A stretch of 64,000 nt of DNA from Vulcanimicrobiota bacterium (lineage in GTDB: Bacteria; Vulcanimicrobiota; Vulcanimicrobiia; Vulcanimicrobiales; Vulcanimicrobiaceae). Positions 20,563-30,976 of this stretch are shown here, piece after piece (the stretch's first letter is position 1; each line of letters begins with the position of its first letter). Under the pieces are notes generated by a model. That model saw only the letters and a list, made by a program, of their open reading frames with translations, had not been told where the DNA came from and did not search any database. The stretch covers positions 64,001 through 128,000 of the forward strand of contig CAWETW010000004.1 of the NCBI GenBank assembly GCA_963812155.1, in the 5' to 3' direction. The position numbers and the translations under genes are program-made.

Positions 20563-20608
20563 TGTCATCCTGAGCGGAGCACCGCAACGCGGTGCGCAGT
20601 CGAAGGAC
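20563..20608. repeat. REP-like palindromic element between convergent genes
   Basis: TGTCATCCTGAGCGGA-GCACCGC-AAC-GCGGTGC-GCAGTCGAAGGAC, preceded by a degenerate GTTATCCCGAACG...GCGAAG. Confidence 0.6.
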
Positions 20609-20618
20609 GAAGGACGCG

Positions 20619-22166
20619 CTACTCGCTGTCGACCGGCATATTCGAGGGCGGACGGCGCAGGAAATAGGCGCGATCGTGATTTTTATTTAACGGATTAATT
20701 TTCGTAAATGGACGCGGCTTCTGCGCGAAATTGAATGCGTCGACGATGTTGTGCGCGCGAACGTCGGTCGTGCCGAGACTGGGCAGTCCGAAAGTTTGCT
20801 CGACGAACTTCAGAATACTGCCGAACTCGTATTGCGTGTGATCGACATAGCCTTTCTTGGCGTACGGCGACACGACGATCATCGGCACGCGGAATCCAAG
20901 ACCCTGGTAATCCAGCTGCGGCGGCGGAACGTGGTCGTAGAACCCGCCCCAATCGTCCCAGACGATGATAATTGCCGTCGACTTCCAATAGGAACTTTGT
21001 CCGATGGAGTTTACGACGCTGGCAACCCAATCCGGGCCGTTATCGATCTGCTTCAGCCCCGCTGGATACCCGTGATCGGAATCGACGCCGTCGGGTATCA
21101 CCCAAGACACTGCGGGCAGCACCACGGGACCGGTCGGATTCGGCGACGGACACGGACTAGCGGTCTTTCCCGCAATATCGCAGAGAACGTTGGTTTCCGG
21201 CCAGGATACGCAGCTCTGCGTGCACGTGAACGGTATCAACTTGTTCGGATACTCCGTGCCTTTTTCGGAATACACGGCCTTAATGGCTGCGAATGCATTC
21301 CATTCCTGGCCGTCGTTGTTGGGCCAGATCGGCACATAGTACTTCCACGAAACGCCCTTGGCGTCGAGGACGTCGCGCAACGTCGCGTATGCAAAACATG
21401 GATACGGACCCTGGCCGCCGAGATATTGCAGCGCGTTCGGCCTGCTCGACGTCGTGAGAAGCGACGTGACGTCGTGCGTCGCGGGGCAACCCCAAAGGCC
21501 ATTCGGACCGGGGTTGTCGACAATGGCCTGCGTGCTGTTGATGAGTGTATCGCCGCGAATAAGGTCTTGGTGCGCTGTAAAACTGCTGCTGGCTTGCGTC
21601 GTGAAGGTGCGATCGGCCAGCACGTATTGCGTTGCCATATCCCAATACGGCTGAATATGCTTTTCGGCGACGACGGAGTAGGGGTACGTTTTCGCCGGTA
21701 CGCCCTGTTGAATGAAGCCCTCCCAATAAAATCCATCGAGCTTACCGCCATCGTACGCCGTAATAAATGCGGGGCAATAGGTGTGGTCGATGTCGTAGTC
21801 GGGAAGCTTAGTGCCGAAGGTTATCGCAATAGGCGTCGGCGTTGGACCCGGGCTCGGCGACGGGTAGATCGACGGGCATGGACTCGGCGGGGTCGCCGTG
21901 CTGGGGGTAGTCGGCAAGGGCTGCGGACCTGGACCGGTCGCACTCTTCACGCAATCGGTTCCCGGAAAGCAGTCGAAGAAGTTGTCGAAGCTGCGGTTTT
22001 CCTGAACGATGATGACGACGTGTTTGATTTTTCCGCTGCTGCCGCTCGACGGATGCGTCGCGGGCAAAAACGAGAGGCTCGTTTGGCCGTTCGAACCTTG
22101 ACGCCCCGAACAACTCACGGTCGCAAACGCCGCCAGCAGAAGGATCGAAAGGATCCGAGTTTTCAC
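20619..22166 (-). CDS. Phospholipase C / acid phosphatase (phosphoesterase family) lipoprotein, copy 2
   Basis: Lipobox [36 protein letters not shown]. Confidence 0.9.
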   Translation of the reverse strand: MKTRILSILLLAAFATVSCSGRQGSNGQTSLSFLPATHPSSGSSGKIKHVVIIVQENRSFDNFFDCFPGTDCVKSATGPGPQPLPTTPSTATPPSPCPSIYPSPSPGPTPTPIAITFGTKLPDYDIDHTYCPAFITAYDGGKLDGFYWEGFIQQGVPAKTYPYSVVAEKHIQPYWDMATQYVLADRTFTTQASSSFTAHQDLIRGDTLINSTQAIVDNPGPNGLWGCPATHDVTSLLTTSSRPNALQYLGGQGPYPCFAYATLRDVLDAKGVSWKYYVPIWPNNDGQEWNAFAAIKAVYSEKGTEYPNKLIPFTCTQSCVSWPETNVLCDIAGKTASPCPSPNPTGPVVLPAVSWVIPDGVDSDHGYPAGLKQIDNGPDWVASVVNSIGQSSYWKSTAIIIVWDDWGGFYDHVPPPQLDYQGLGFRVPMIVVSPYAKKGYVDHTQYEFGSILKFVEQTFGLPSLGTTDVRAHNIVDAFNFAQKPRPFTKINPLNKNHDRAYFLRRPPSNMPVDSE

Positions 22167-22176
22167 GCTGACTCCG

Positions 22177-23727
22177 CTACTCGCTGTCGACCGGTTCGTT
22201 CGAGGGCGGCCGGCGCAGGAAATAGGCGCGATCGTGGCTCTTGTTCGATAACTGAATCGGCGTGAAGGCGCGCGGTTTCTGCCTGAAATTGAAGGCGTCG
22301 TTGATATTGTGCGCCCGAACGTCGGTCGTGCCGAGGCTCGGCAGGCCGAACGTCTCTTCGACGAACTTCAGCACGCTGCCGAACTCGTATTGCGTGTGCG
22401 CCACGTAGCCCTTTTTGGCGTACGGCGAAATGACGATCATCGGAACGCGAAACCCGAGACCGACGTAATCCATGTGCGGCGGCAGCACGTGGTCGTAGAA
22501 CCCGCCCCAGTCGTCCCATAGAACGATGATGGCGGTCGAATTCCAATACGAGCTCTGGCCGACCGCATTGACGACGTTGGCAACCCAATCCGGACCGCCG
22601 TCCACCATTTTACCGTTCACGAGGGCGTAATGATCGGAGTCCTCGTTGTCCGGAACCACCCAAGAAACGGCCGGCAGCGAAGCCGTCCCCGACGGGTACG
22701 GCGACGGACAGGGTCCCGAGGTCGAGCCGGCAATGTCGCAGAGCACGTTGGTTTGAGGCCAGGAGACGCAACTGCCCGCGCAATTCCACGCGGACTGTTT
22801 GTGCGGCCACTCGTCCTTGTCGTAGCGCACCGCCGATATCGCATCGAAGGCGTTCCACATCTGACCGCCGTCTTTGCCGAAGACCGGCACGTAGTATTTC
22901 CACGATATGCCCTTGGCATCGAGCAAATCGCGAAGCGTGGAGTATTCGAAACACGGAAACGGCCCTTCCATGACGTACTGGTGCGACGCCGTGAGGAGCG
23001 GCGTGTACGACGGGCCGTTCGGCGGACTCTTTGCGTCGTCGCATCCCCAGTTCTCGATGTTTTTCGCGTTCCACGGATAGTCGACCGTACTCTGCGTGTG
23101 ATTGATTTTCGTGCTCCCGCGAATCAAATCTTGATGCGCGGTGAAACTGCCGCTCGCTTCGGTCGGAAACATGCGGTCGGCGAGCACGTATTGCGTTGCC
23201 ATGTCCCAATACGGCTGGATCTGGTTCTTCGCGACGACGCGGTAGGGATAGAGCTGCGCCGGCTGCCCGAAGGCGACGCCGTCGTCCCAGTAAAATCCGT
23301 CGAGCTTTCCGCCGTCGTATTCGGTGACGAACGCCGGACAGTAGCTGTGATCGGGATCCAAGGCCGGAAGCGGCGCGCCGAACTTCAGTTTGATCGGCGT
23401 GGGCGTGGGGCCCGGGCTCGCCGTCGGAAACGACGCAGGACACGGGCTCGACGCCGTGTGCGGACCCGGTGACGGGCCCGGGCCCGCTGCGGTCTTCACG
23501 CAATCCGTTCCCGGAAAGCAATCGAAGAAATTATCGAAGCTGCGGTTCTCTTGCACGACGATGACGACGTGCTTGATTTTCCCGCGACTGTCGTTGAAGG
23601 GTTGAGCCACAGACAGAAACGGCAGCGCGCCGCTCATGCCGGTCGCGCTTGGTCCGCTTCCGGAACCGGAGCACGCCGCAAGCGCAAACGCGGCGGCGCA
23701 CGCCAGAGGAAAGACGAACCTGCGCAT
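22177..23727 (-). CDS. Phospholipase C / acid phosphatase (phosphoesterase family) lipoprotein, copy 1
   Basis: Start [19 protein letters not shown] (ATG 23727); same motifs as its neighbour. Confidence 0.9.
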   Translation of the reverse strand: MRRFVFPLACAAAFALAACSGSGSGPSATGMSGALPFLSVAQPFNDSRGKIKHVVIVVQENRSFDNFFDCFPGTDCVKTAAGPGPSPGPHTASSPCPASFPTASPGPTPTPIKLKFGAPLPALDPDHSYCPAFVTEYDGGKLDGFYWDDGVAFGQPAQLYPYRVVAKNQIQPYWDMATQYVLADRMFPTEASGSFTAHQDLIRGSTKINHTQSTVDYPWNAKNIENWGCDDAKSPPNGPSYTPLLTASHQYVMEGPFPCFEYSTLRDLLDAKGISWKYYVPVFGKDGGQMWNAFDAISAVRYDKDEWPHKQSAWNCAGSCVSWPQTNVLCDIAGSTSGPCPSPYPSGTASLPAVSWVVPDNEDSDHYALVNGKMVDGGPDWVANVVNAVGQSSYWNSTAIIVLWDDWGGFYDHVLPPHMDYVGLGFRVPMIVISPYAKKGYVAHTQYEFGSVLKFVEETFGLPSLGTTDVRAHNINDAFNFRQKPRAFTPIQLSNKSHDRAYFLRRPPSNEPVDSE

Positions 23728-23816
23728 CCGCGAACGGTTTTCGTTTGCGCCGAGTCCGCCCTTCTCACCGCGCGATGAATCGGGCAAACGGTGACCGCCG
23801 TTAACTTCTGCGACGG

Positions 23817-24674
23817 TTACTTGTTCTTGAACTTCGCGACGCGCTTTTCGTTGTACGCCGCGAGGCCTTCTTTCGCGTCCTCGCTCTTGAAGAGCAGCGA
23901 TTGCAGCTCGCGCTCGATCGCGAGCGCGTCTTGGAGCGGAAGTTCCGAACCGGTTTGAACGCTGCGCTTGATGTGGCCGACCGCCATCGGCGCTTTGTTG
24001 GGCGAGCAGAATTGCTTCGCGTAGTCGAGCGCTTGCGCGCGAAACTCGTCGGCGTTGCCTTCGTAGATGTCGTTGACGACGCCCCAATCGAGGGCTTGCT
24101 CGAAACTGACGGTCTTTCCGGAAACCATGAGTTCGATGGCGCGCGATTTGCCGACGAGCCGCGAGAGGCGCTGCGTTCCACCGGTGCCGGGCAGCACGCC
24201 GAGCGCGACCTCCGGAAGCCCGATTTTGCCGGCATCCTGGCGCGCGATGCGAATGTCGGCAGCCATCGCGATCTCCAGACCGCCGCCGACGGTGTGACCG
24301 TTGAGCGCCGCGATGACGAGTTTCGGCGTCTGCTCGAGACGGCTGAGCGTCTCGTTGGCGTGCAGACAGAACATGTACTTGAATTCGGGCGTCACGGCGT
24401 TGAGCATGCCGATATTGGCGCCGGCGGAGAAGAACTTCTCGCCTTTGCCGGTCAGCACGATCACTTCGACGTCGGAGTCGAAGCGCGCATCGAGAATCGC
24501 GTCGTCGAGCTGACGCATCATCTCGTGGGTGTAGGTGTTCGCGGGCGGATCGTCCATCTCGATGACGCCGACGTGACCGTCTTTCCAAAAGTTGATCACG
24601 CGCTTGCCGTCGAACGGACGGGGCTCCCGTCCGAATGCGGTTTTGGCGGCGCCGTTCGCGGCCGTACTGCTCAT
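23817..24674 (-). CDS. Enoyl-CoA hydratase/isomerase (single crotonase domain)
   Basis: [41 protein letters not shown]-coupled to the upstream epoxidase. Confidence 0.9.
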   Translation of the reverse strand: MSSTAANGAAKTAFGREPRPFDGKRVINFWKDGHVGVIEMDDPPANTYTHEMMRQLDDAILDARFDSDVEVIVLTGKGEKFFSAGANIGMLNAVTPEFKYMFCLHANETLSRLEQTPKLVIAALNGHTVGGGLEIAMAADIRIARQDAGKIGLPEVALGVLPGTGGTQRLSRLVGKSRAIELMVSGKTVSFEQALDWGVVNDIYEGNADEFRAQALDYAKQFCSPNKAPMAVGHIKRSVQTGSELPLQDALAIERELQSLLFKSEDAKEGLAAYNEKRVAKFKNK

Positions 24675-25795
24675 GCCAGGTTTCCTTTCGGTGCGATCCA
24701 GTTGGGATTCTTGAAGTACTCGGCGAGTTTGGTGTCGTCTTGCGCGGTCGGCAGCACCGAGGGTGCATACGACTGCCACTCTTCTTCGGAGACCTTGCGG
24801 CCGTCGACCGTGTAACGCGCGGCGGCGTAGTCGCCGATCTTGCGGTTGAAGCGCATGTCGGGAACGTAGAGTTTCGTCTCGCCTGCGGCGACTTCGTTCA
24901 CGCGATTGACGGTCGTCGTGATCTCGTCGTGGAACTGCCGGCGCGCGCGTTCGTTGAGGTGCTCCTTGTCGACCGGGTCCGGCGTCTTGTCTTCGTCGAC
25001 GCGGCCCTTGATGCCCCAGGTGTAGGCCCACTGCGCCGAGCCCGAATGGTCGGTGCCGAAGAGATCGAGCGATCCCGAGATCCACTTGTTGTAATACTTC
25101 TGCTGAATCTCGGCGGGAATCACGCCCGCTTTGGCGATGCGTCGCAACCCGGTGATGCCGGTGCCCATGTGATACGCCTCTTCCTTGAGCATCGGTCCCA
25201 TCGAGGCCGCCAGCGGCGCGAAACTCGAGTGCGCGAGCATCGTGAGCTGAAACTTGCCGTCGCGGTCCATGAAGTTCGTGTAGGCGAAGAAATCCAGCCA
25301 GTGCGTCACGTCTTCGTTGAACGCGTTGAGCAACCGGTTCTTTTTTCCGAACGCCCGGCGCTCCAACAATTTCTGCGCTTCGATCTTTCCTTCGCTGCCG
25401 AACTGATCGACGAGCAAATGGCACATCTGATAGCCGTGCCGCGTCTCTTCGACCATGATGCGCACGAGCGACGCAAGATCGTATTCGCTCGGGGCGTTGT
25501 TGACGAGAAAGCGCTGCTGTTCGTTGGAGGCGAACTCGGTGTCGCCCTGATAGACGACCATGTTGAGCACGGCGTCGCGCATGCGCTGATCGGGAATCTC
25601 GCGCACCTTCTCCCATCGCCGATCGCCTTTGAAGTCGCCGAAGTAGATCTCGGGCGTCGGCAGTGCGCCGTACTTTGCCTCGAACGCGTAGCCGGGCATG
25701 AAGCGCTCGATCAGCTCGCGGTCGAGACCGATGTCGTGCTGCCATTCTTTGAGGAGGTCGATCCAGTCGTCGAAGGTGGAGATGCGAGCGGCCAT
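24671..25795 (-). CDS. boxB: BoxB-like aryl-CoA epoxidase, di-iron subunit
   Basis: [44 protein letters not shown]: BoxB-type signature with two ExxH motifs. Confidence 0.8.
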   Translation of the reverse strand: MAARISTFDDWIDLLKEWQHDIGLDRELIERFMPGYAFEAKYGALPTPEIYFGDFKGDRRWEKVREIPDQRMRDAVLNMVVYQGDTEFASNEQQRFLVNNAPSEYDLASLVRIMVEETRHGYQMCHLLVDQFGSEGKIEAQKLLERRAFGKKNRLLNAFNEDVTHWLDFFAYTNFMDRDGKFQLTMLAHSSFAPLAASMGPMLKEEAYHMGTGITGLRRIAKAGVIPAEIQQKYYNKWISGSLDLFGTDHSGSAQWAYTWGIKGRVDEDKTPDPVDKEHLNERARRQFHDEITTTVNRVNEVAAGETKLYVPDMRFNRKIGDYAAARYTVDGRKVSEEEWQSYAPSVLPTAQDDTKLAEYFKNPNWIAPKGNLA

Positions 25796-25869
25796 GCGAA
25801 CGTAAAACCCCGTTGTCAGTATGTGACGTATTTTTGACGTTTTGGTAGAATATTGTCATACTAGAATCT

Positions 25870-26715
25870 ATGACGGCTCCTGTCAATGGGGAGCGGCGAC
25901 CGGTCGAGCGCCCCAATTCCTTTATCTTCACGCTCTATGGCGATCTGGTCCACCGTGGAGGGCAAGGCGAAGGCTCGCTTCCCGCCGGCGCGCTCATCGC
26001 GCTGATGGCCGCGTTCGGCGTCTCCGCCGCGGCCGTGCGCCAGGCGGTTTCGCGGCTCTCGCGGCAGGGCTGGCTGGCGGTGCGGCGCGAGGGAAACCGC
26101 GCCTTCTATTCCGTGACGCCGCGTGGGCGCCGTCGTATCGAAGAGTTGAGCCCCCGCATCTACGGACCGGTCATCGACTGGGACGGACGCTGGCGGATGC
26201 TCGTTTTCCCGAGCCGCGAACCCCGCGACGTCCGCGACCGGCTGCGGGCCGAGTTACGCGTCCTGGGCTGGGCGCCGCTCTCGACGACCACGTGGATTAC
26301 CCCGGGCGACTCGCTCGATGCGGCGCGCGCCGCCGTCACAGGCGGCGCTCTCCGCGAACCCGGACATTTTTTCGAAGGAACCTACCGGGGGCCGCTGAGC
26401 GATCGCGGTCTCGTGGAGCGATGCTGGAATTTAGAGGAGATCGCGGCCGCCTACCGCGCGTTCGCCGATCGCTATCGGCCGCGGCTGGCGCGCGAACGCG
26501 AAGGCGCCTGGATCGGCGACGAGGCGGCGTTCGTCGAGCGCCTGTGGCTCGTGCACGACTACCGTCGCTTCGCCTACCTCGACCCCGGTTTGCCGAGCGA
26601 ACTCGTTCCCGCGCATTGGCCGGGCACGACGGCCGCCGCCATTTTTCGCGAGTACTACGCGGCGCTCGAGCGCAAGTCGCTGCGCTTCTTCGAAACCAAG
26701 GCAAGCCGCAGGTAA
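25870..26715 (+). CDS. paaX: PaaX-family transcriptional repressor
   Basis: IFTLYGD, AVRQAVSRL, WDGRW, LVHDYRRFAYLDPGLPSEL.PAHWPG. Confidence 0.92.
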   Translation: MTAPVNGERRPVERPNSFIFTLYGDLVHRGGQGEGSLPAGALIALMAAFGVSAAAVRQAVSRLSRQGWLAVRREGNRAFYSVTPRGRRRIEELSPRIYGPVIDWDGRWRMLVFPSREPRDVRDRLRAELRVLGWAPLSTTTWITPGDSLDAARAAVTGGALREPGHFFEGTYRGPLSDRGLVERCWNLEEIAAAYRAFADRYRPRLAREREGAWIGDEAAFVERLWLVHDYRRFAYLDPGLPSELVPAHWPGTTAAAIFREYYAALERKSLRFFETKASRR

Positions 26716-26751
26716 CGGAGCGCGGCCCGGCGGCGTCGAACCGACCCGGCC

Positions 26752-27147
26752 ATGCCCAAAGCCGTCATCATTCTCTTCGCCGCGGCGTGTCTCGTGCTGG
26801 CCATTCCGGCGTGCAATAACAACAACGGCGGAAGCGTGTCACCGTCGCCGACGGTGTCGTTGACGCCGAATCCCTCGCTCACGGCCGCCACGATCTCGGT
26901 GACGCGGCTATCGACTCCCGCCGCTTACGTGACCGTACAGGAATCGACGCCGAAATCGTCCGCGAGCCCGCGTCCCGGCACGCCCTTTGCAACGCAAAAA
27001 ACCGGCAAGGACGGAATGACGAAGTTCAAAAATCTCAAACCAACGCAAACGTACTGTTGGGTCGCATTTCTCGGACCCAATCAGACCTCGTCTTCGTGCG
27101 CCGGCTGGGAAATCTGGCAGTTCCAAACGATCCCCCTCGGCACGTAG
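26752..27147 (+). CDS. Small lipoprotein, unknown function
   Basis: Hydrophobic signal ending IPAC, Pro/Ser linker, YCW...C pair. Confidence 0.7.
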   Translation: MPKAVIILFAAACLVLAIPACNNNNGGSVSPSPTVSLTPNPSLTAATISVTRLSTPAAYVTVQESTPKSSASPRPGTPFATQKTGKDGMTKFKNLKPTQTYCWVAFLGPNQTSSSCAGWEIWQFQTIPLGT

Positions 27148-27220
27148 AACTCCTCAAACTAACAACGCGATATCGCGCCGCAGATCACCTTCGGTGACGT
27201 GCAATGCGACGTCGCGGAGT

Positions 27221-27547
27221 TTAATCTTCGTCGTCTTGGAGATGGAGATGCGAACCGTCGTCGGCGTCCGACAGCACGTCGCGCGCTTCTGCGAGAACGG
27301 CAGTCGATAGCGGACGCTCCGGCGACTGCACCGATCCCTCCTCAGCGAGAAATCCCGTTTCGCTCCAATCTTCCCACGTTTCGAGCGGCTCGCCGTCGAG
27401 TTCCGCCGGAAACCGGACGCAGAAACCCTGTTCGACGTGCATGCCGACGACGAGCACGCGCGTGCCGCGCGGAAAATACGTACCGTCTTTCCACAGCGTG
27501 CCGTACGTCGCGTCGTAGTACTGGCCGATTTTGATCGCGTCTGCCAT
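27221..27547 (-). CDS. Acidic hypothetical protein
   Basis: ATG 27547 with upstream GGAG; protein-like composition; follows the aldehyde dehydrogenase by 16 bp. Confidence 0.65.
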   Translation of the reverse strand: MADAIKIGQYYDATYGTLWKDGTYFPRGTRVLVVGMHVEQGFCVRFPAELDGEPLETWEDWSETGFLAEEGSVQSPERPLSTAVLAEARDVLSDADDGSHLHLQDDED

Positions 27548-27563
27548 CTTCAGGTCTCTTCTC

Positions 27564-29064
27564 CTATACCCTGAACGGGTCCATCGGTTTCTCTCCGACA
27601 TAGGTGAGGACGCTCTTGGTTTCGCTGTAGGCGGCCATCGTTTCCAGGCCGAGTTCGCGGCCGTATCCGGACTGCTTGTATCCGCCGAACGGCACGCCCG
27701 GAAAGATCGAATACGGCGTATTGATCGCGACGGTTCCGCTGCGAATCGCGCGCGCGACGCGGTTGGCGCGTCCGATATTCTGCGACCAGACGGTCGCCGC
27801 TAGGCCGAACGCGCTGTCGTTAGCCAGCGCGATCGCTTCGGCTTCGGTTTCGAAGCGCACGAACGTTGCAACCGGGCCGAAGATCTCTTCGCGTGCAACT
27901 CGATGATCGTTCGACGCTTCGAAAGCCGTGGGACTCCAAAACAACCCCTCGCGCAGCGCGTCGGTTGAGTTCCGGCGGCGAGCCGCCGAGGAGCACTTTG
28001 GCGCCTTCTCCAATACCGATCTCGCAGTACTCTTTGATTTTTTCGTATTGCTCGGGCATCGTAATCGCACCGACGTGCGTCGCAGGATCCTCCGGATCGC
28101 CGACGTTGAGTTTGCGCGCCTTTGCGACGAATGCTTCGAGGAATGCATCGTAGATGCCGGCTTGAATCAAGAAGCGCGAACGGGCATCGCACGCCTGACC
28201 GGCGTTGTAGAAAATGCTGTAGAGCGCTCCGGCGACGGCGGCATCGAGCGACGCATCGTCGAACACGACCGACGGCGATTTGCCGCCGAGTTCGAGCGTT
28301 ACGCGTTTGAGCGTCGCCGCTGCGGATGCCGCGACGACCTTGCCGGTGGCGGTCGATCCGGTGAACGCGATTTTGTCTACGCCGGGATGCTCCACCAGCC
28401 AGGCGCCGAGTTCGCGCCCCGAACCGGTCACGACGTTGAGCACGCCCTCGGGAACCCCGGCTTCCAGCGCAATCTTGCCCAGTTCGAGCGTAGTGAGCGG
28501 CGTCGACGGCGCCGGTTTCAGGACGACGGTGCAGCCGGCCGCCAGCGCCGGCGCCACTTTCCAAGCGGCCAGCAATAACGGGAAATTCCACGGGACGATC
28601 GCGCCGACCACGCCGACCGGTTCGCGAACGGTGTTGGCGAGATACGTCGGCAGCGGCGGCGGCATCGACTCGCCGTAGTTTTTCGTCGCTGCACCCGCAT
28701 AGAATTCGAAGCAGTCGACGATCGCGCCCAACTCGCCTTTCGCGGTCGAAATCGCTTTGCCGTTGTCGCGCACTTCGAGCAGCGTTAATTCCTGCGCGCG
28801 CTCGGCGATCAATTGCGCCATTTTGTAGACGATTTTCGCGCGTCGCGACGCCGCCATCGTCGCCCACTTCCCCGTGTCGAACGCTTTGCGCGCGCTTGCA
28901 ACGGCGGCGTCGAGATCGTCGCGGCCGGCTTCGGCGACGTCCGCTAGCATCGCGCCGGTCGCGGGATTGCGATCGGGGTAGAGTGCGCCGCCGCTTGCGT
29001 CGCGCCACGCGCCTCCGATGAGCAGCTGCGTGCGCGTGGGGACAGAACGTACCGTCGTGGTCAT
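27564..29064 (-). CDS. Aldehyde dehydrogenase, frameshift near 27965
   Basis: PWNFP, FTGST, LELGGKS and YNAGQAC in one frame; EEIFGPV and PFGGYKQSGYGRE in another. Confidence 0.9.
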
Positions 29065-29076
29065 GGTAGAAACTCG

Positions 29077-30279
29077 TTACTCCATTCGCTCGAAGATGGT
29101 TGCGATGCCTTGTCCGACGCCGATGCACATCGTCGCCATTCCGTAGCGGCCTTTTCGACGCGCCAGTTCGTGCAGCAACGTCGTCGCGATGCGCGCGCCG
29201 CTGGCGCCGAGGGGATGGCCGAGGGCAATCGCGCCGCCGTTGACGTTCGTCTTCGCCGGGTCGAGTTCCAGCTCGCGCATGCAGGCGAGGGCCTGCGACG
29301 CGAACGCTTCATTGATCTCGATGAGGTCGAGGTCGGAAACCAGCACGTTTGCTTGCGCCAGCGCCTTGCGCGCAGCCGGAATCGGACCGAGCCCCATAAC
29401 GTCGGGCGCGACGCCGGCGGATGCGCACGCAATCACGCGCGCCATCGGCCTCAGGCCGAGCCGTTTCGCGGCCTCCGATTCTGCCAGCACGAGCGCGGCC
29501 GCACCGTCGTTGATGCCCGAGGAGTTGCCGGCGGTGACGGTTCCACCGGACGCAAATGCCGGTTTGAGCGTGGCGAGCGATTCCCGCGTCGTCTGCGGAC
29601 GCGGATGTTCGTCGGCCGTCACCTCGTGCGCACCGTTCTTACTTTCGACGCGAACCGAAACGAGTTCGTCCGCGAAGCACCCTGCCTCCACGGCATGCTT
29701 CGTCCGCATTTGCGATTCGAACGCGAACTCGTCTTGCGCTTCACGCGTCACGCCGCAACGGCGCGCGACTTCTTCGGCCGTTTCGCCGAGCGAGATCGTC
29801 CACTGCGGCGGCATCTTCGGATTGACCATGCGCCAGCCGAGCACGGTGTCGAACAGTTGCTGCCTGCGCCCGAACGGATCGTCGCTCTTCGGCAACACGT
29901 ACGGCGCGCGCGTCATCGATTCGACGCCGCCGGCGACCACGACGCTGGCCTCGCCGAAGGCGATCGCCTGCGCCGCCGAGTTGATCGCCTGCAGACTCGA
30001 GCCGCAGAGCCGGTTCACCGTCACACCGGGAATTTCAACCGGTAGTTCTGCCAGCAGCACGGCCATGCGCGCGACGTTGCGGTTGTCTTCACCGCTGTGG
30101 TTGGCCGCTCCGAAGTAGACGTCGTCGACGCATTCGGGCGGCACGCCGGCGCGATCGATCGCGGCGCGCAGCACGCGCGCGGCCAAGTCGTCGGGACGAA
30201 CGCTCGCGAGCGCTCCGCCGTAGCGCCCGATCGGCGTGCGCACCGCCTCGACGACCCACACGTCACGTCCGTGCGGCAT
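29077..30279 (-). CDS. paaJ: 3-oxoadipyl-CoA-type thiolase (PaaJ/PcaF)
   Basis: RTPIGRYGG, GEDNRNVARM, NRLCGS, NEAFA, GHPLGASG, CIGVGQG. Confidence 0.88.
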   Translation of the reverse strand: MPHGRDVWVVEAVRTPIGRYGGALASVRPDDLAARVLRAAIDRAGVPPECVDDVYFGAANHSGEDNRNVARMAVLLAELPVEIPGVTVNRLCGSSLQAINSAAQAIAFGEASVVVAGGVESMTRAPYVLPKSDDPFGRRQQLFDTVLGWRMVNPKMPPQWTISLGETAEEVARRCGVTREAQDEFAFESQMRTKHAVEAGCFADELVSVRVESKNGAHEVTADEHPRPQTTRESLATLKPAFASGGTVTAGNSSGINDGAAALVLAESEAAKRLGLRPMARVIACASAGVAPDVMGLGPIPAARKALAQANVLVSDLDLIEINEAFASQALACMRELELDPAKTNVNGGAIALGHPLGASGARIATTLLHELARRKGRYGMATMCIGVGQGIATIFERME

Positions 30280-30976
30280 CGGCCTCCGCAGCGGCAGCGG
30301 CCGCTTCTTCTTCGACGTCGAGCACCCACAGCGAGCGATGCGGCGCGAACTCTTCACCTTCTTCAAGCGCAAGACGCTGCAAGATCCGCGCGACCCGGCG
30401 GCCGCCGATCTCGCGGCCCCACGCAATCGGCCCGATCGGATAGTTCGTGCCGAGCCGCATCGCTAAGTCGACGTCTTCGGCACTGGCAACGTCTTCTTGC
30501 ACGGCGGCCATCGCTTCGTTCACGATCGACCCGACGACGCGTCCCAGAAAAAGCGCCGGTACGTCTTCGACGAGTACGACGCCCTTGCCGAGCGATTCGA
30601 AAAACTCTTGCGCCAATGCGAGCGCATCGTCGGAAACGTCCTCCGAATCGACGATCTCGACGGCGCCCTGGCCGTCGAGCGACGCCAGGACGCCGTATCC
30701 GACGAGCCGCTCGGGATGGCGCATGCGACGCGCGCACGCGGCAAGATCGGTCGCGTAGGCATCGACGAAGAACACCGTCTCTTCGCCGAGGAGACCGTCG
30801 AGCTCGGCGATGACCTCGCCGCGGTCGCTCGATCCGTCGCCGACGTCGACGACGATCGTTGCGTCGAGCGAGATTTCGTCGAGCAACTCGTCGCGTTCGA
30901 CGCGCGCCACCTGCGCATAACGCTGTCCCGCGCGTTGGGCGATGTCTTCGGCAAGACCGCCGAACCCGACGATCAC
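30263..30976 (-). CDS. 3-hydroxyacyl-CoA dehydrogenase, C-terminal half (PaaH-like)
   Basis: HPERLVG, IVNEA, DVDLAMRLGTNYPIGP. Confidence 0.8.
   Translation of the reverse strand: MIVGFGGLAEDIAQRAGQRYAQVARVERDELLDEISLDATIVVDVGDGSSDRGEVIAELDGLLGEETVFFVDAYATDLAACARRMRHPERLVGYGVLASLDGQGAVEIVDSEDVSDDALALAQEFFESLGKGVVLVEDVPALFLGRVVGSIVNEAMAAVQEDVASAEDVDLAMRLGTNYPIGPIAWGREIGGRRVARILQRLALEEGEEFAPHRSLWVLDVEEEAAAAAAEADAART

Noticed and set aside
22177..24768. 863-aa ORF as a fusion protein
   Set aside because: The N-terminal part is an off-frame reading over the crotonase gene; the real lipoprotein starts at 23727.
23817..25931. 704-aa ORF as a long BoxC-like protein
   Set aside because: The first part is an Arg-rich shadow frame of the boxB-like gene; the crotonase starts at 24674.
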